Shown here piece by piece: positions 1 to 9,181 of a DNA stretch of 64,000 bases. The notes below the pieces were generated by a model. It searched no databases and had not been told where the DNA came from. It saw nothing but the letters and a program-made list of their open reading frames with translations. This stretch comes from an uncultured delta proteobacterium (GTDB taxonomy: Bacteria; Desulfobacterota; Binatia; Binatales; Binataceae). Each line of letters begins with the position of its first letter. The stretch's first letter is position 1. The DNA lies in contig CAWFBH010000002.1 in the NCBI GenBank assembly GCA_963814035.1, forward strand, positions 189,165 to 253,164, in the 5' to 3' direction. The position numbers and the translations under genes are program-made.

Positions 1-515
1 TTCCCGGATCGATGATGATGCGGGAGCGCGCGATTCCCGCCGCGATCGCATAGCGGACGCGCCGCGCAAGAGACTTCACCACTTCGCGCCACCACATTAT
101 TGTAGCGCGCAAACTTCATGTGGTCTTCGGGGCCTCCACGCATGTGCATCAGCACGACGGCGCAGCTTGCCCTGGCGGCGAGCGCCGCCATCGCGGGCTC
201 GCCAAGCGCGCTGATGTCGTTGATGATCGCCGCGCCCGCGTCGAGCGCCACTTCGGCAACTTCGGCGTGGCGCGTATCGATCGAAAGCGGAACCCGCAAC
301 CTCCCTTCCAGCTTGCGCAGCACCGGACTCACGCGCGCGAGCTCCTCCGCGACGCTCACCGCGACCGCGCCAACCGGCCGGGTGGATTCGCCTCCGATAT
401 CGATGATGTCGGCGCCCTCGGCTTCCATCTCAAGCGCATGGTCCACCGCGCGATCGGGATCGAGATAACGGCCGCCGTCGGAGAATGAGTCGGGCGTGAC
501 ATTCAAGACGCCCAT
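1..515 (-). CDS. folP: dihydropteroate synthase, 3' end cut by window edge; apparent frameshift near nt 70-80
   Basis: minus-strand translation gives MGVLNVTPDSFSDGGRYLDPDRAVDHALEMEAEGADIIDIGGESTRPV...VVLMHMRG. These are the pterin-binding motifs of dihydropteroate synthase (DHPS). The frame then switches to ...ARRVRYAIAAGIARSRIIIDPG. Confidence 0.8.
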   Translation of the reverse strand, partial: MGVLNVTPDSFSDGGRYLDPDRAVDHALEMEAEGADIIDIGGESTRPVGAVAVSVAEELARVSPVLRKLEGRLRVPLSIDTRHAEVAEVALDAGAAIINDISALGEPAMAALAARASCAVVLMHMRGGPEDHMKFARYNNVVARSGEVSCAARPLCDRGGNRALPHHHRSG

Positions 516-607
516 CACCGCGGGGAATCTGATAACGACACCGCCCTTCAGTTTCAAACTCGAAGGGCGGTTAATGATCGAGGACGATTTTTTGGCGACG
601 CGCGTGG

Positions 608-2536
608 CTAAACGAGTACCGGCTTGGGCGGCAATCCGGGCAACGGCTGTTCTTCCGGCGCTTTGGATTTTTCCTTGCCGATTTCCGGCCCGGGTCGCGG
701 CGGCTCGACTCGCGCGGGCGCCCCGCCAAAAGGCTCACGGCCCTCGCGATAGGCTTTCAGTATTTCCGCCACTTCGGCGCCGTCGAGAACTTCCTTTTCG
801 AGCAACTGCTCCGCCACCGCGTGCAGCACCTTGACGTGTTCGGAAAGCAGGCTGCGCGCCTGTTGATATGCCTCTTCGATGATGCGCCGCACCTCGCGAT
901 CGATCTCGACCGCGGTGTGTTCCGAATAGTCTTTCTGATGTCCGAAGTCGCGGCCAAGGAAAACCTGTTCCTCGTGCTTGCCGAAAGTCATCGGGCCCGA
1001 GCTCCTTGCTCATGCCCCATTCACAAACCATTTTTCGCGACAGCTCGGTCGCCTTTTCGATGTCGTCGCCGGCGCCCGTGGTCATGTGGCCGAAGATCAA
1101 CTCTTCCGCGGCTCGCCCACCGAACATCATGGAAAGCCGGGTCATCAAATATTCGCGCGAGTAGGTATATCGATCATCAACCGGCAATTGCTGGGTTACG
1201 CCCAACGCCATTCCGCGCGGAATGATCGTGACCTTATGCACCGGGTCCGAGCCGGGGAGCAGCATACCGACCAAAGCGTGGCCGGCCTCGTGGTATGCGG
1301 TATTGCGACGCTCTTCCATCGACATGACCATCGAGCGCCGTTCCGCGCCCATCATGACCTTGTCCTTGGCGAGCTCGAAATCGCCCTGCTCGACCTTTTC
1401 CTTGTTGCGGCGCGCCGCCAACAACGCGGCCTCATTCACCAGGTTTTCGAGATCCGCACCGGAAAAACCCGGCGTCGCGCGCGCGAGGCGATCGAGCGCG
1501 ACCTCATCGGAAAGCGGGACCTTGCGCGTATGCACCCGCAGAATTCCTTCGCGCCCTTTAACGTCCGGCCGCGGCACCACGACGCGCCGATCGAAACGGC
1601 CGGGCCGGAGCAATGCGGGATCGAGGACATCGGGACGGTTGGTCGCGGCAACCAGGATCACGCCCTCGTTCGCTTCGAAGCCGTCCATCTCGACCAGCAA
1701 TTGATTCAGGGTCTGCTCGCGCTCGTCGTGACCGCCGCCGAGGCCCGCGCCGCGATGGCGTCCGACGGCGTCGATTTCGTCAATGAAGATGATGCAGGGC
1801 GCATGCTTCTTACCCTGAACAAACAAATCGCGGACGCGCGAAGCGCCCACGCCGACAAACATTTCAACGAAATCCGATCCTGAGATCGAAAAGAACGGAA
1901 CCCCGGCCTCACCTGCGATGGCGCGCGCGAGCAGGGTTTTGCCGGTCCCCGGCGAGCCCACCAGCAGGACGCCCTTGGGAATGCGTCCGCCGAGGCGCGT
2001 GAAGCGCTTGGGGTCGCGTCAGGAACTGGATTATCTCTTCGAGTTCTTCTTTGGCTTCATCGATACCGGCAACATCGGCAAAGGTAACCTTATGCGTATT
2101 CTCGGTCAGCAGTTTGGCGCGGCTCTTCCCGAACGACATCGCCTTGCCGCCGCCGATCTGCATCTGGCGCATGAAGAAGATCCAGACCGCCACCAGCAGC
2201 AGCATCGGGAACCACTGCACCAGCGCGACCATCCACCACGGATCGCCGTCGGCCGGCTTGGCCGCGATCTTGACGCCCTTGGCGCGCAGGGTTTTTACGA
2301 TATCGGGATCGGTCGGCGAATAGGTTTTGTAACTGCTCGTTCGAGGTCGTGAGTAGTTTGATCGCGTTACCCTGAATGGTGACTTCGGCAACTTCGCCTT
2401 TATCAACCTGATTGAGAAAATCGGAAAAGATTTCTTCGCGATCACGAGTTTGCTGCCTGCTGAAGATGTTGAACAGCAGGAGAAACATCAGGCCCAGAAC
2501 GAGCCACAACGCAATACTGCGGGAAAATTGATTCAT
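608..2536 (-). CDS. ftsH: ATP-dependent zinc metalloprotease FtsH, split over 4 frames by apparent frameshifts
   Basis: ORFs 2090..2536 (TM N-terminus), 1909..2445, 735..1961 (AAA Walker motif [22 protein letters not shown]; HEAGHAL zinc site) and 608..991 (C-terminal helical tail) form a collinear FtsH. Confidence 0.85.
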
Positions 2537-2610
2537 CCCATTAACAGATTATCACGCGGGTTAAATCGTTGGCAACGACGATTCATCATCTTAAGGTGCT
2601 GGAATGCTGG

Positions 2611-3999
2611 TTAATGATTGGCGATGGCGGCGCTGGTTGCCCGCACGCGCAGTACCCGTTCCGTCCTCTCCGTCACCAATCCGACGCGTCCTCGTACGAT
2701 GCCGGGAAGCCACGCGATTGCTCCCCTTAGTTGACAGATGGGAAATTTGCCGCGCGCTCCGATGCTCATTTTCGCGTCGATGAAAATGTCCTTGACCTTG
2801 CGATGTCCCTGCATGCCAAGGGGTTCGATGCGATCGCCCGCGCGGAAATTTCGCACCACCAGGCCCTCGGCCGCCTCCGCTCCATCAAATAGCGCTTCGA
2901 ATTTGTTTGCCGGAATCGCACCCGACGTATGCGATACTGAGGTCATCTCGAAGACAAATCCAGCTTCCGCAATCTCGGTGATGCCTTCCCCCAATGTAAC
3001 CATGAACGGCCCCGATGCCTGCTCAGTCGCCGCAGGCTTGAGGATCCCGTATTCGCGCACCATCCGCACACCCGCGATATCCACCGACCCATTCACCGGC
3101 CCCTCGAGGCATAGCCGCCGGACCGCCTCGATATGGACCCGCTCGATGCGCCGCAAACTGCCGGTCTCGCGCTTGATGTATTGGCGAATAACCTCCGCCT
3201 GGAGCGCCGGATGAAGTTGCGCGAAACCTGAGATGTCGAGGCCGCGAATCGAGGCCTTTGATTCGAGTTCACGCTTCGCCGCCATGCCGACGAAATCGTC
3301 GAGCGCGCGCATCTCCGTGGCGAGTTGAACCAGCCGCCCGCGCAGCCCCGGCGCGTAGTTGCTCTCCAGCATCGGCATCAGCTCGGTGCGAACTCGATTG
3401 CGCAGGTAGGCGGAGGACTGGTTGGAGCTGTCGTTCACAAACTTCTCGTCGATGCTCTCTAGATACGTCAGCACCTCATCGCGGGTTACAGCGAGCATGG
3501 GCCGAATGATGCGCCCCGGCCCGTGCTCCGCCATCGCCGCGATGCCCGCCGCGCCTGCCCCGCGAAGCAGCCGCATCATGACCGTTTCCGCCTGGTCGTC
3601 CGCCTGATGCGCAACGGCGATATATTCCGCGCCGATGCGATCGGCGGCCCCATTGAGGAACGCATGCCGCACCTCGCGCGCGCGCTCCTCGAGATTCGGA
3701 GTGTCGGTGAAAAGATCGTTCGCCCGCTCGACGATGAGGTCGACACCGCATCGATGGCCAAGTTCGCGCACGAACTTCTCATCGCCATCGGATTCCGCGC
3801 CGCGGATTCCATGATTGAGATGCGCCGCTACGACCCGATAGCCAAACCGCTCGCGCAGCGCGAGCATCGCATGAAGGAGCGCGACCGAATCCGCCCCGCC
3901 CGATAGCGCAACGACTACAGTCGCATCGCTCCGGATGCCGATCCGCATCAGGCAGTCAGCGACCGCCCCGAGCATTCGGTTTTCGCGCCTGTCTCCCAC
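2611..3999 (-). CDS. tilS: tRNA(Ile)-lysidine synthetase
   Basis: PP-loop VVALSGGADSVALLHAM. Length ~460 aa. Conserved tilS-ftsH-folP order. Confidence 0.8.
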   Translation of the reverse strand: MGDRRENRMLGAVADCLMRIGIRSDATVVVALSGGADSVALLHAMLALRERFGYRVVAAHLNHGIRGAESDGDEKFVRELGHRCGVDLIVERANDLFTDTPNLEERAREVRHAFLNGAADRIGAEYIAVAHQADDQAETVMMRLLRGAGAAGIAAMAEHGPGRIIRPMLAVTRDEVLTYLESIDEKFVNDSSNQSSAYLRNRVRTELMPMLESNYAPGLRGRLVQLATEMRALDDFVGMAAKRELESKASIRGLDISGFAQLHPALQAEVIRQYIKRETGSLRRIERVHIEAVRRLCLEGPVNGSVDIAGVRMVREYGILKPAATEQASGPFMVTLGEGITEIAEAGFVFEMTSVSHTSGAIPANKFEALFDGAEAAEGLVVRNFRAGDRIEPLGMQGHRKVKDIFIDAKMSIGARGKFPICQLRGAIAWLPGIVRGRVGLVTERTERVLRVRATSAAIANH

Positions 4000-4010
4000 T
4001 CTCTCATTCT

Positions 4011-4052
4011 GGTTCCCCTTCCACTTCAGGGGAAGGGGTTAGGGGTTAGGTC
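4011..4052 (+). repeat. 42-bp hairpin repeat element GGTTCCCCTTCCACTTCAGGGGAAGGGGTTAGGGGTTAGGTC (8-bp perfect stem CCCCTTCC/GGAAGGGG)
   Basis: seen 7 times in window in both orientations. Confidence 0.85.
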
Positions 4053-4428
4053 TCCGACACGCCGCTGCAATCTTGCTCACCACGCCTTCGAAGTCCTCGG
4101 CGAGTTCCTCATTCCTGATGCGGAGGGTACCGATCCCCATCCGAGCGAGCGCCTGATCACGTTCGCGATCCCGCACGATTTGCCCATCGTGAACTGGCCC
4201 ATCCAACTCGATTGCCAAATTGGCGGCGGCGCAATAGAAGTCCACGATGAACCCTCCGATCACTTGCTGTCGATGAAAATGAATTCCGTCAACCGCGCTG
4301 CGCCTCAGTTTCTTCCAGAGCAGCCGCTCCTCGGGCGTCATATTGCGGCGCAACGATTTCGCAAATGTTACCTTCTCGGCGGCGACCGGTTGCCTGCGCG
4401 TGATCGGAATTTTGCTGCGGGCGGGCAT
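4039..4428 (-). CDS. DUF559 (Vsr-like endonuclease-domain) protein, copy 1
   Basis: MPARSKIPITRRQPVAAEKVTFAKSLRRNMTPEERLLWKKLRR...GFIVDFYC...LAIELDGPVHD...RDRERD is the DUF559 signature. The C-terminal codons AACRRPNP-stop lie inside the hairpin repeat. The ORF-track N-terminal extension (RFPFHFRGRGQGLG) reads through the inverted repeat and is rejected. Confidence 0.75.
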   Translation of the reverse strand: MPARSKIPITRRQPVAAEKVTFAKSLRRNMTPEERLLWKKLRRSAVDGIHFHRQQVIGGFIVDFYCAAANLAIELDGPVHDGQIVRDRERDQALARMGIGTLRIRNEELAEDFEGVVSKIAAACRRPNP

Positions 4429-4433
4429 TCGGA

Positions 4434-4475
4434 AACCTAACCCCTGGCCCCTTCCCCTGAAGTGGAAGGGGAATC
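4434..4475 (-). repeat. hairpin repeat element, inverted orientation (5' flank of DUF559 copy 1)
   Basis: AACCTAACCCCTGGCCCCTTCCCCTGAAGTGGAAGGGGAATC. Confidence 0.85.
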
Positions 4476-4586
4476 GGATTTGAAGACGAAGATATCTCGA
4501 TCGCGTCACCGAGACAATTCCATTCGACGTCTCAGTTAGGAAAAAACGGAAGGCGCCGCCGATCCGATCTGAAGACTCTGTTGTCT

Positions 4587-4628
4587 GGTTCCCCTTCCAC
4601 TTCAGGGGAAGGGGCTAGGGGTTAGGTC
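4587..4628 (+). repeat. hairpin repeat element
   Basis: GGTTCCCCTTCCACTTCAGGGGAAGGGGCTAGGGGTTAGGTC. Confidence 0.85.
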
Positions 4629-4700
4629 TCCGACACGCCGCCGCGATCCTACTCACCACGGCTTCGAGATCCTCGGCCAGTTCCTCGTTCCTGACGCGGA
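4625..4700 (-). pseudogene. remnant of a third DUF559 gene (C-terminal ~25 codons only)
   Basis: ...RVRNEELAEDLEAVVSRIAAACRRPNP-stop is homologous to the C-termini of both full copies, but the upstream sequence is unrelated. Confidence 0.6.
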
Positions 4701-4836
4701 GGCGGGTTCGATGCCAACCGTATCGACCACCTTCTCTCGCAGATAAAAGCGAAAGAAGGGAATCTGCCGGCACATCCCACTTTAACCCGCCCGTGTGCGA
4801 CAAAGGGGAACGGTAAGAGGGTTCGGTCCGCGACGA

Positions 4837-5751
4837 CTAGTCTCGATCGCCGCCCTCGCCAGCAACGGATCGCCCTCTCGATTGCGGCAAGAGCAGGGCT
4901 TGGACGCCGATCCAATTCCCCGGGACGTTGGAGCGAACAGTCTGGGCGCCGGTCGCCGATGAACTCGATAACGCCGAATCAACCCACACCGCGACGTGTT
5001 CATAGCTGTGTTGCTCTCGTATCGTTCCCAACGAAGGCGAACTGACGCGGCCACCACTCGCGGTAGCCTGACCATAGAGCATGAGCAGCATATCGGCGTT
5101 GTTGCCGGCGCCGGGAGTGATCGATGGAGACGATCCGGTTTTGGAGTAATTCTTGGTCACTCCCTTGGGTCTGCCATCAAAGGGAGTCGAGGTGTTGACT
5201 CCCGAGTAGTAAGCATATGCCCACTCGCAATGAGCGTTGTTGCCGACGCCGAAGGTCAATGAGGTTGGGTCGCCCGTGCTCCAGAAATGATAGAAGAGAC
5301 CCGCGGCGGTGTTGTCGCGGTTAAAGATCCAGGTCGGTCCTACCTGCTTATATCCGCTGGGAGCGGACAAAGCTGGGGTCGCGGAGCCCACCAGAAGCCA
5401 GACCAGCACCAGTTTACCATTGGGAGGCGAGCCGATTCCAACTGTGACCCGGCCACTTAAATTCGCGTTAAATCCGGCTGCGCCGCCGCCTTGAAAGAGG
5501 ATAGCGTTGTTCTTCTCGCGATCGACGGAGACCATTTTGCCGGGAACCGTCTCGATGGCTTCCGAGCCAATTCCGGCCAAGTGCTCGCCGCTCGGCGCGC
5601 CTGGCGCAGACATCGCGGTCCGAGCCGGCGATGGTGGAGCGGAAGCGGTCGAGCAACCGGCCATGCAGGCGATCATCAAAATGCCGACCAGCATAGGGGC
5701 AATTCTGATGACGGTTCCAAGTTCAGGTTTTTCGCGTTTCTCGAGACTCAC
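4837..5751 (-). CDS. hypothetical lipoprotein (signal peptide + lipobox MIACMAGC)
   Basis: N-terminal hydrophobic stretch ending in the lipobox L-M-A-G-C. No recognisable domain. Sits between the two duplicated DUF559 segments. True start may be the internal Met (~5694). Confidence 0.55.
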   Translation of the reverse strand: MSLEKREKPELGTVIRIAPMLVGILMIACMAGCSTASAPPSPARTAMSAPGAPSGEHLAGIGSEAIETVPGKMVSVDREKNNAILFQGGGAAGFNANLSGRVTVGIGSPPNGKLVLVWLLVGSATPALSAPSGYKQVGPTWIFNRDNTAAGLFYHFWSTGDPTSLTFGVGNNAHCEWAYAYYSGVNTSTPFDGRPKGVTKNYSKTGSSPSITPGAGNNADMLLMLYGQATASGGRVSSPSLGTIREQHSYEHVAVWVDSALSSSSATGAQTVRSNVPGNWIGVQALLLPQSRGRSVAGEGGDRD

Positions 5752-6124
5752 TATTTTGGTTCCTGTTAAGGGCCATTCCTTTGAAGTGGAAAAACGAACG
5801 AGGAAATATAGCCGATAATGACTACCGGTGGCACCAGATCCTGCCTGCCCCGCGATGCTTGGGCATGACGCCGATGCCGCCGTGACGCCTGGAAGTCCGC
5901 GCTTCGAGCATTCTGCCCGCGCTAACCTAAGTGCGTCGTGAGATTTCTCGATGCTTCGCTAGTCGGCGGGCGGCTTGCCGGCCACCAGAGGGAAATATCC
6001 GGCGGCGAAGAATCCCAGCGGCAGACAGAATCCGACGCTACTGAGGCTATGCGCAAGTGAGGTCGCGGTTGTCAGCGACCACCCGCAGCATTCGGTTTTC
6101 GCTCCTGTATCCATCTCCCATTCT

Positions 6125-6166
6125 GGTTCCCCTTCCACTTCAGGGGAAGGGGTTAGGGGTTAGGTC
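6125..6166 (+). repeat. hairpin repeat element
   Basis: identical to 4011..4052. Confidence 0.85.
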
Positions 6167-6542
6167 TCCGACACGCCGCCGCAATCTTGCTCACCACGCC
6201 TTCGAAGTCCTCGGCGAGTTCCTCATTCCTGATGCGGAGGGTACCAATCCCCATCCGAGCGAGCGCCTGATCACGTTCGCGATCCCGCACGATTTGCCCA
6301 TCGTGAACTGGCCCATCCAACTCGATTGCCAAATTGGCGGCGGCGCAATAGAAGTCCACGATGAATCCTCCGATCACTTGCTGTCGATGAAAATGAATTC
6401 CGTCAACCGCGCTGCGCCTCAATCTGTTCCAGAGCAGCCGCTCCTCGGGAGTCATGTTGCGGCGCAACGATTTCGCGAATGTTACCTTTTCGGCGGCAAC
6501 AGGCTGCCTGCGCGTGATCGGAATTTTGCTGCGGGCGGGCAT
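6153..6542 (-). CDS. DUF559 endonuclease-domain protein, copy 2
   Basis: 129/130 identity to copy 1 (K->N at one position). Confidence 0.75.
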   Translation of the reverse strand: MPARSKIPITRRQPVAAEKVTFAKSLRRNMTPEERLLWNRLRRSAVDGIHFHRQQVIGGFIVDFYCAAANLAIELDGPVHDGQIVRDRERDQALARMGIGTLRIRNEELAEDFEGVVSKIAAACRRPNP

Positions 6543-6547
6543 TCGGA

Positions 6548-6589
6548 AACCTAACCCCTGGCCCCTTCCCCTGAAGTGGAAGGGGAATC
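6548..6589 (-). repeat. hairpin repeat element, inverted
   Basis: as 4434..4475. Confidence 0.85.
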
Positions 6590-6699
6590 GGATTGAAGAC
6601 GAAAATACCTCAATCCGCGTCAGCAAGACAACTCCAGTCGACTCTCAGTTATGGAAAATACGGAAGGCGCCTCACTCCGATCCGGAGACTCTGTTGTCT

Positions 6700-6741
6700 G
6701 GTTCCCCTTCCACTTCAGGGGAAGGGGCTAGGGGTTAGGTC
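6700..6741 (+). repeat. hairpin repeat element
   Basis: GGTTCCCCTTCCACTTCAGGGGAAGGGGCTAGGGGTTAGGTC. It overlaps the stop codon of the hspR-like gene. Confidence 0.85.
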
Positions 6742-7052
6742 CGCGACGACAGCTGATCTAGCAGATGGAGGATCACCCCGATGCCAGGAAGATTGATGCC
6801 GAGGTCTTCGCCCAGCGATCGAATCGTCCGGATGCGACGCAGAGTCGCCTCGGTATAGACCGGCTCGCGGCGACCCTCGACTTCCAGCATCGTGGTATGC
6901 GTGATCAGCTCCTCGAATTCCCAGAGCCGGAGTTGATCGTCGCTGATGCCGCCTAAGGTGCGAAGCGCCTCGCGGCTGAGGTACGACGTTTCCCGCGACC
7001 GTCGCGCGCGCGAGGCTCCCCTGCTGCGGAAAACTTTGACCCTCGTAGCCAT
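6735..7052 (-). CDS. hspR: MerR-family heat-shock regulator (HspR/CbpM-like)
   Basis: MerR HTH ...YLSREALRTLGGISDDQLRLWEFEELI... Lies immediately downstream of a J-domain chaperone gene, as in dnaJ-hspR operons. Confidence 0.65.
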   Translation of the reverse strand: MATRVKVFRSRGASRARRSRETSYLSREALRTLGGISDDQLRLWEFEELITHTTMLEVEGRREPVYTEATLRRIRTIRSLGEDLGINLPGIGVILHLLDQLSSRT

Positions 7053-7058
7053 CGCGAA

Positions 7059-8165
7059 TCAGCTCCGTATCAAATCGGCGCGAGGATCGGGAACGCCGCG
7101 CGCCTGACGCTTTTCGGCGAGCTGTTCCATCAGCGTGCGCTCCTCGGCGGTCAGGCCGGTCGGCGCCAACACCTTGAGCTCGAACATAAGGTCGCCCGCC
7201 GGCTCCGTGCCACGTCCCGGAATGCCGCGGCCTTTGAGGCGCAGCGTCTTGCCGGTCTGGCTGTCGGCCGGAATCTTGAGCGAGACCTTCCCCCCGCCGA
7301 GCAGCGGCGCGGTCACCTGGGCGCCGAGCGAGGCTTCATAGTCCCAGACCGGAAGCGCGGCGCGCAGGTCGCGTCCCGAAATCGAAAACAACGCATGGGG
7401 TTCGAGGCGCACGCTCAAAAACAAATCGCCATTCAAGTCGGGACGCGGGCCCTTGCCGCCCTGCCCTTTGAGCCGGATGCGCGTGCCTTCGGCCACTCCC
7501 GGTGGAATCGAGACCTCCAGCGTGCGATGCCCGGGGATGACGCCGCTACCGCCGCAGTTCGGGCATACCTGCGCCGAGCGGATGAGCTTCACCTTGCCCT
7601 GCTTCTGCTCCGAGGCGACCATCCCGGTGCCGCCACATACGGTGCATTCGTCTTCGGCGGTGAGTTCGAGGCGCCGCTTCGCGCCGTGCATTGCCTCTTC
7701 GAGCGTCACGCGCACGTCGGCACTGAGGTCGGGGGCCTTTTGCGGGCGCGGCTTGGCGCCGAAACTGAATGACTGGAAATTGCCGGGACCGGTCCGGCGC
7801 GCATTAAACGGCGAATCGCCAAAGCCGAAAAACTGCGAAAAGAAATCGCTCATGTCGCCGGCTTCGAAGCCCGCGCCATGAGCGCCCTGCCCGCCCTGGC
7901 TGGCGGCATAGCGGCGCAGGATTTCTTCCTGATCGAGGCCATGCTCCCAGTCCGCGCCGAGTTGGTCGTACTTGCGCCGTTTTTCGGCATCACTGAGGAC
8001 CTGGTAGGCCTCGTTGATGTCCTTGAACTGCGCCTCGGCCTTCTTGTCGTTGGGATTTACGTCGGGATGGTATTTGCGGGCGAGCTTGCGAAAGGCCGAT
8101 TTGATGTCGGCCTCCGATGCGCTGCGTTCGACGCCGAGGACTTTGTAATAGTCTTTAAATTCCAT
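7059..8165 (-). CDS. dnaJ: DnaJ-family chaperone (J domain, G/F region, only two CxxCxGxG zinc-finger repeats, C-terminal substrate domain)
   Basis: [34 protein letters not shown]; CTVCGGTG...CPNCGGSG. Confidence 0.8.
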   Translation of the reverse strand: MEFKDYYKVLGVERSASEADIKSAFRKLARKYHPDVNPNDKKAEAQFKDINEAYQVLSDAEKRRKYDQLGADWEHGLDQEEILRRYAASQGGQGAHGAGFEAGDMSDFFSQFFGFGDSPFNARRTGPGNFQSFSFGAKPRPQKAPDLSADVRVTLEEAMHGAKRRLELTAEDECTVCGGTGMVASEQKQGKVKLIRSAQVCPNCGGSGVIPGHRTLEVSIPPGVAEGTRIRLKGQGGKGPRPDLNGDLFLSVRLEPHALFSISGRDLRAALPVWDYEASLGAQVTAPLLGGGKVSLKIPADSQTGKTLRLKGRGIPGRGTEPAGDLMFELKVLAPTGLTAEERTLMEQLAEKRQARGVPDPRADLIRS

Positions 8166-8228
8166 GCAATTGAAGTCTGCTTAATGAAGATGTGCACGAA
8201 AGCGGGCCCGCGCAACATCGGAGCGCAA

Positions 8229-8414
8229 TCAGTTTTCCCCAGCCCGCTTCATGCCGCGCGATGACTCCGCGATTTTGAGGCTCTTCAGCCGCTCTTCCAT
8301 CGCGCGAAGGTCAGTCTCCAGCCGCGCTTGCCGCCGCCAGATGAACATCACATACGCGAAGATCACCACGAAGATGATGGTGTAGGCGGCGAACAGGTAG
8401 TCGAAATGTTCCAT
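8229..8414 (-). CDS. ccmD: heme exporter protein D
   Basis: 61-aa single-TM protein MEHFDYLFAAYTIIFVVIFAYVMFIWRRQ... directly after ccmC. Confidence 0.7.
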   Translation of the reverse strand: MEHFDYLFAAYTIIFVVIFAYVMFIWRRQARLETDLRAMEERLKSLKIAESSRGMKRAGEN

Positions 8415-8425
8415 CAAACCTTTTC

Positions 8426-9086
8426 CTAATAGTCGCCGGCCGCCGCCTCGATCAGCGCCACGTCGCGCCTGATGATGGTCAGCCGGCTGCGCGTGCGCAA
8501 CTGCTGGAAGCGCAGCATCAGCAACCAGCCGAACATCGCGGTGAACGCCGCGAGCGAAGTCAGCAGCGTCGATCACCATCCGCGGATCTTCGAGGCCATG
8601 CTCGCCGGCGCGCGTGACCAGCACCGCGGGATGAATCGTGCGCCACAGCCGCACCGAGAGAATCACCACCGGCACATCGAGCGCCGCGACGATTCCGATG
8701 ACGGCGCCGAAGCGCGCGACCTCGGGCGTGTCATCGGCCATCGCGCGCAACATCAGGTATCCGCCATAGAGGAGCCACAGGATGAACGTCGTCGTCAGGC
8801 GCGAATCCCAGGTCCACCAGGTGCCCCAAATCGGCTTCGCCCATAGCGATCCGGTAATGAGCACCAGGGTGCAGAAGACCATCCCGATTTCAGCCGCCGC
8901 ATAGCCGAGGTCATCCCAAATCTGATCCTTGAGCCATAGATAGAACACGCCCGCGATGGCGACGATGCCGAAGGCCGCGAACGCGACCCATGCGCACGGC
9001 ACATGAAAATAAAAAATCCGCTGCACGATGCCCTGGTCTTCTTCGGTCGGGACCCATTCGAAGACCATGAAGATGCTGACCAGCAT
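8426..9086 (-). CDS. ccmC: heme exporter protein C (apparent frameshift near 8575)
   Basis: WGTWWTWDSRLT tryptophan-rich motif. The C-terminus ...LLTSLAAFTAMFGWLLMLRFQQ...AAAGDY-stop is recovered in a second frame. Confidence 0.8.
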
Positions 9087-9142
9087 CAGGACAAGCGTCG
9101 ACCATCCGAGTGCCGAGTGGCTTTGTTTTTCATTTTATTCTT

Positions 9143-9181
9143 TCCCCTTCCACTTCAGGGGAAGGGGCCGGGGGTTAGGTC
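9143..9181 (+). repeat. hairpin repeat element (solo copy between ccmB and ccmC)
   Basis: TTTCCCCTTCCACTTCAGGGGAAGGGGCCGGGGGTTAGGTC. Confidence 0.8.

Larger units (their letters stand above)
3948..4660. repeat. segmental duplication copy A (near-identical to 6062..6760); includes 5' end of tilS, a DUF559 gene and hairpin repeats
   Basis: direct comparison of the sequence: 3960-4660 is repeated almost base-for-base at 6075-6760. Confidence 0.85.
6062..6760. repeat. segmental duplication copy B
   Basis: matches 3948..4660, including a ~50-bp copy of the tilS 5' end. Confidence 0.85.

Noticed and set aside
978-1883. long plus-strand ORFs antisense to recognised genes (e.g. 978..1883, 11511..12833, 22492..23658, 38293..40506, 50064..51581, 55373..56065)
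   Set aside because: They are Arg/Ala/Gly-rich low-complexity translations opposite well-supported genes (ftsH, ccmF, aidB-like, ACD, carB, pyrB). This is a typical high-GC antisense artefact.
4429-4509. N-terminal 27 codons of the DUF559 ORFs (MTRSRYLRLQIRFPFHFRGRGQGLGFR / MLTRIEVFSSSIRFPFHFRGRGQGLGFR)
   Set aside because: They are encoded by the inverted hairpin repeat and differ between the two copies only outside the repeat. The conserved start is the internal Met (MPARSK…).
5975-6554. ORFs 5975..6163 and 6057..6554 on the plus strand
   Set aside because: They overlap the duplicated tilS-fragment and the antisense of DUF559 copy 2, with repeat-derived peptides. They are not genes.
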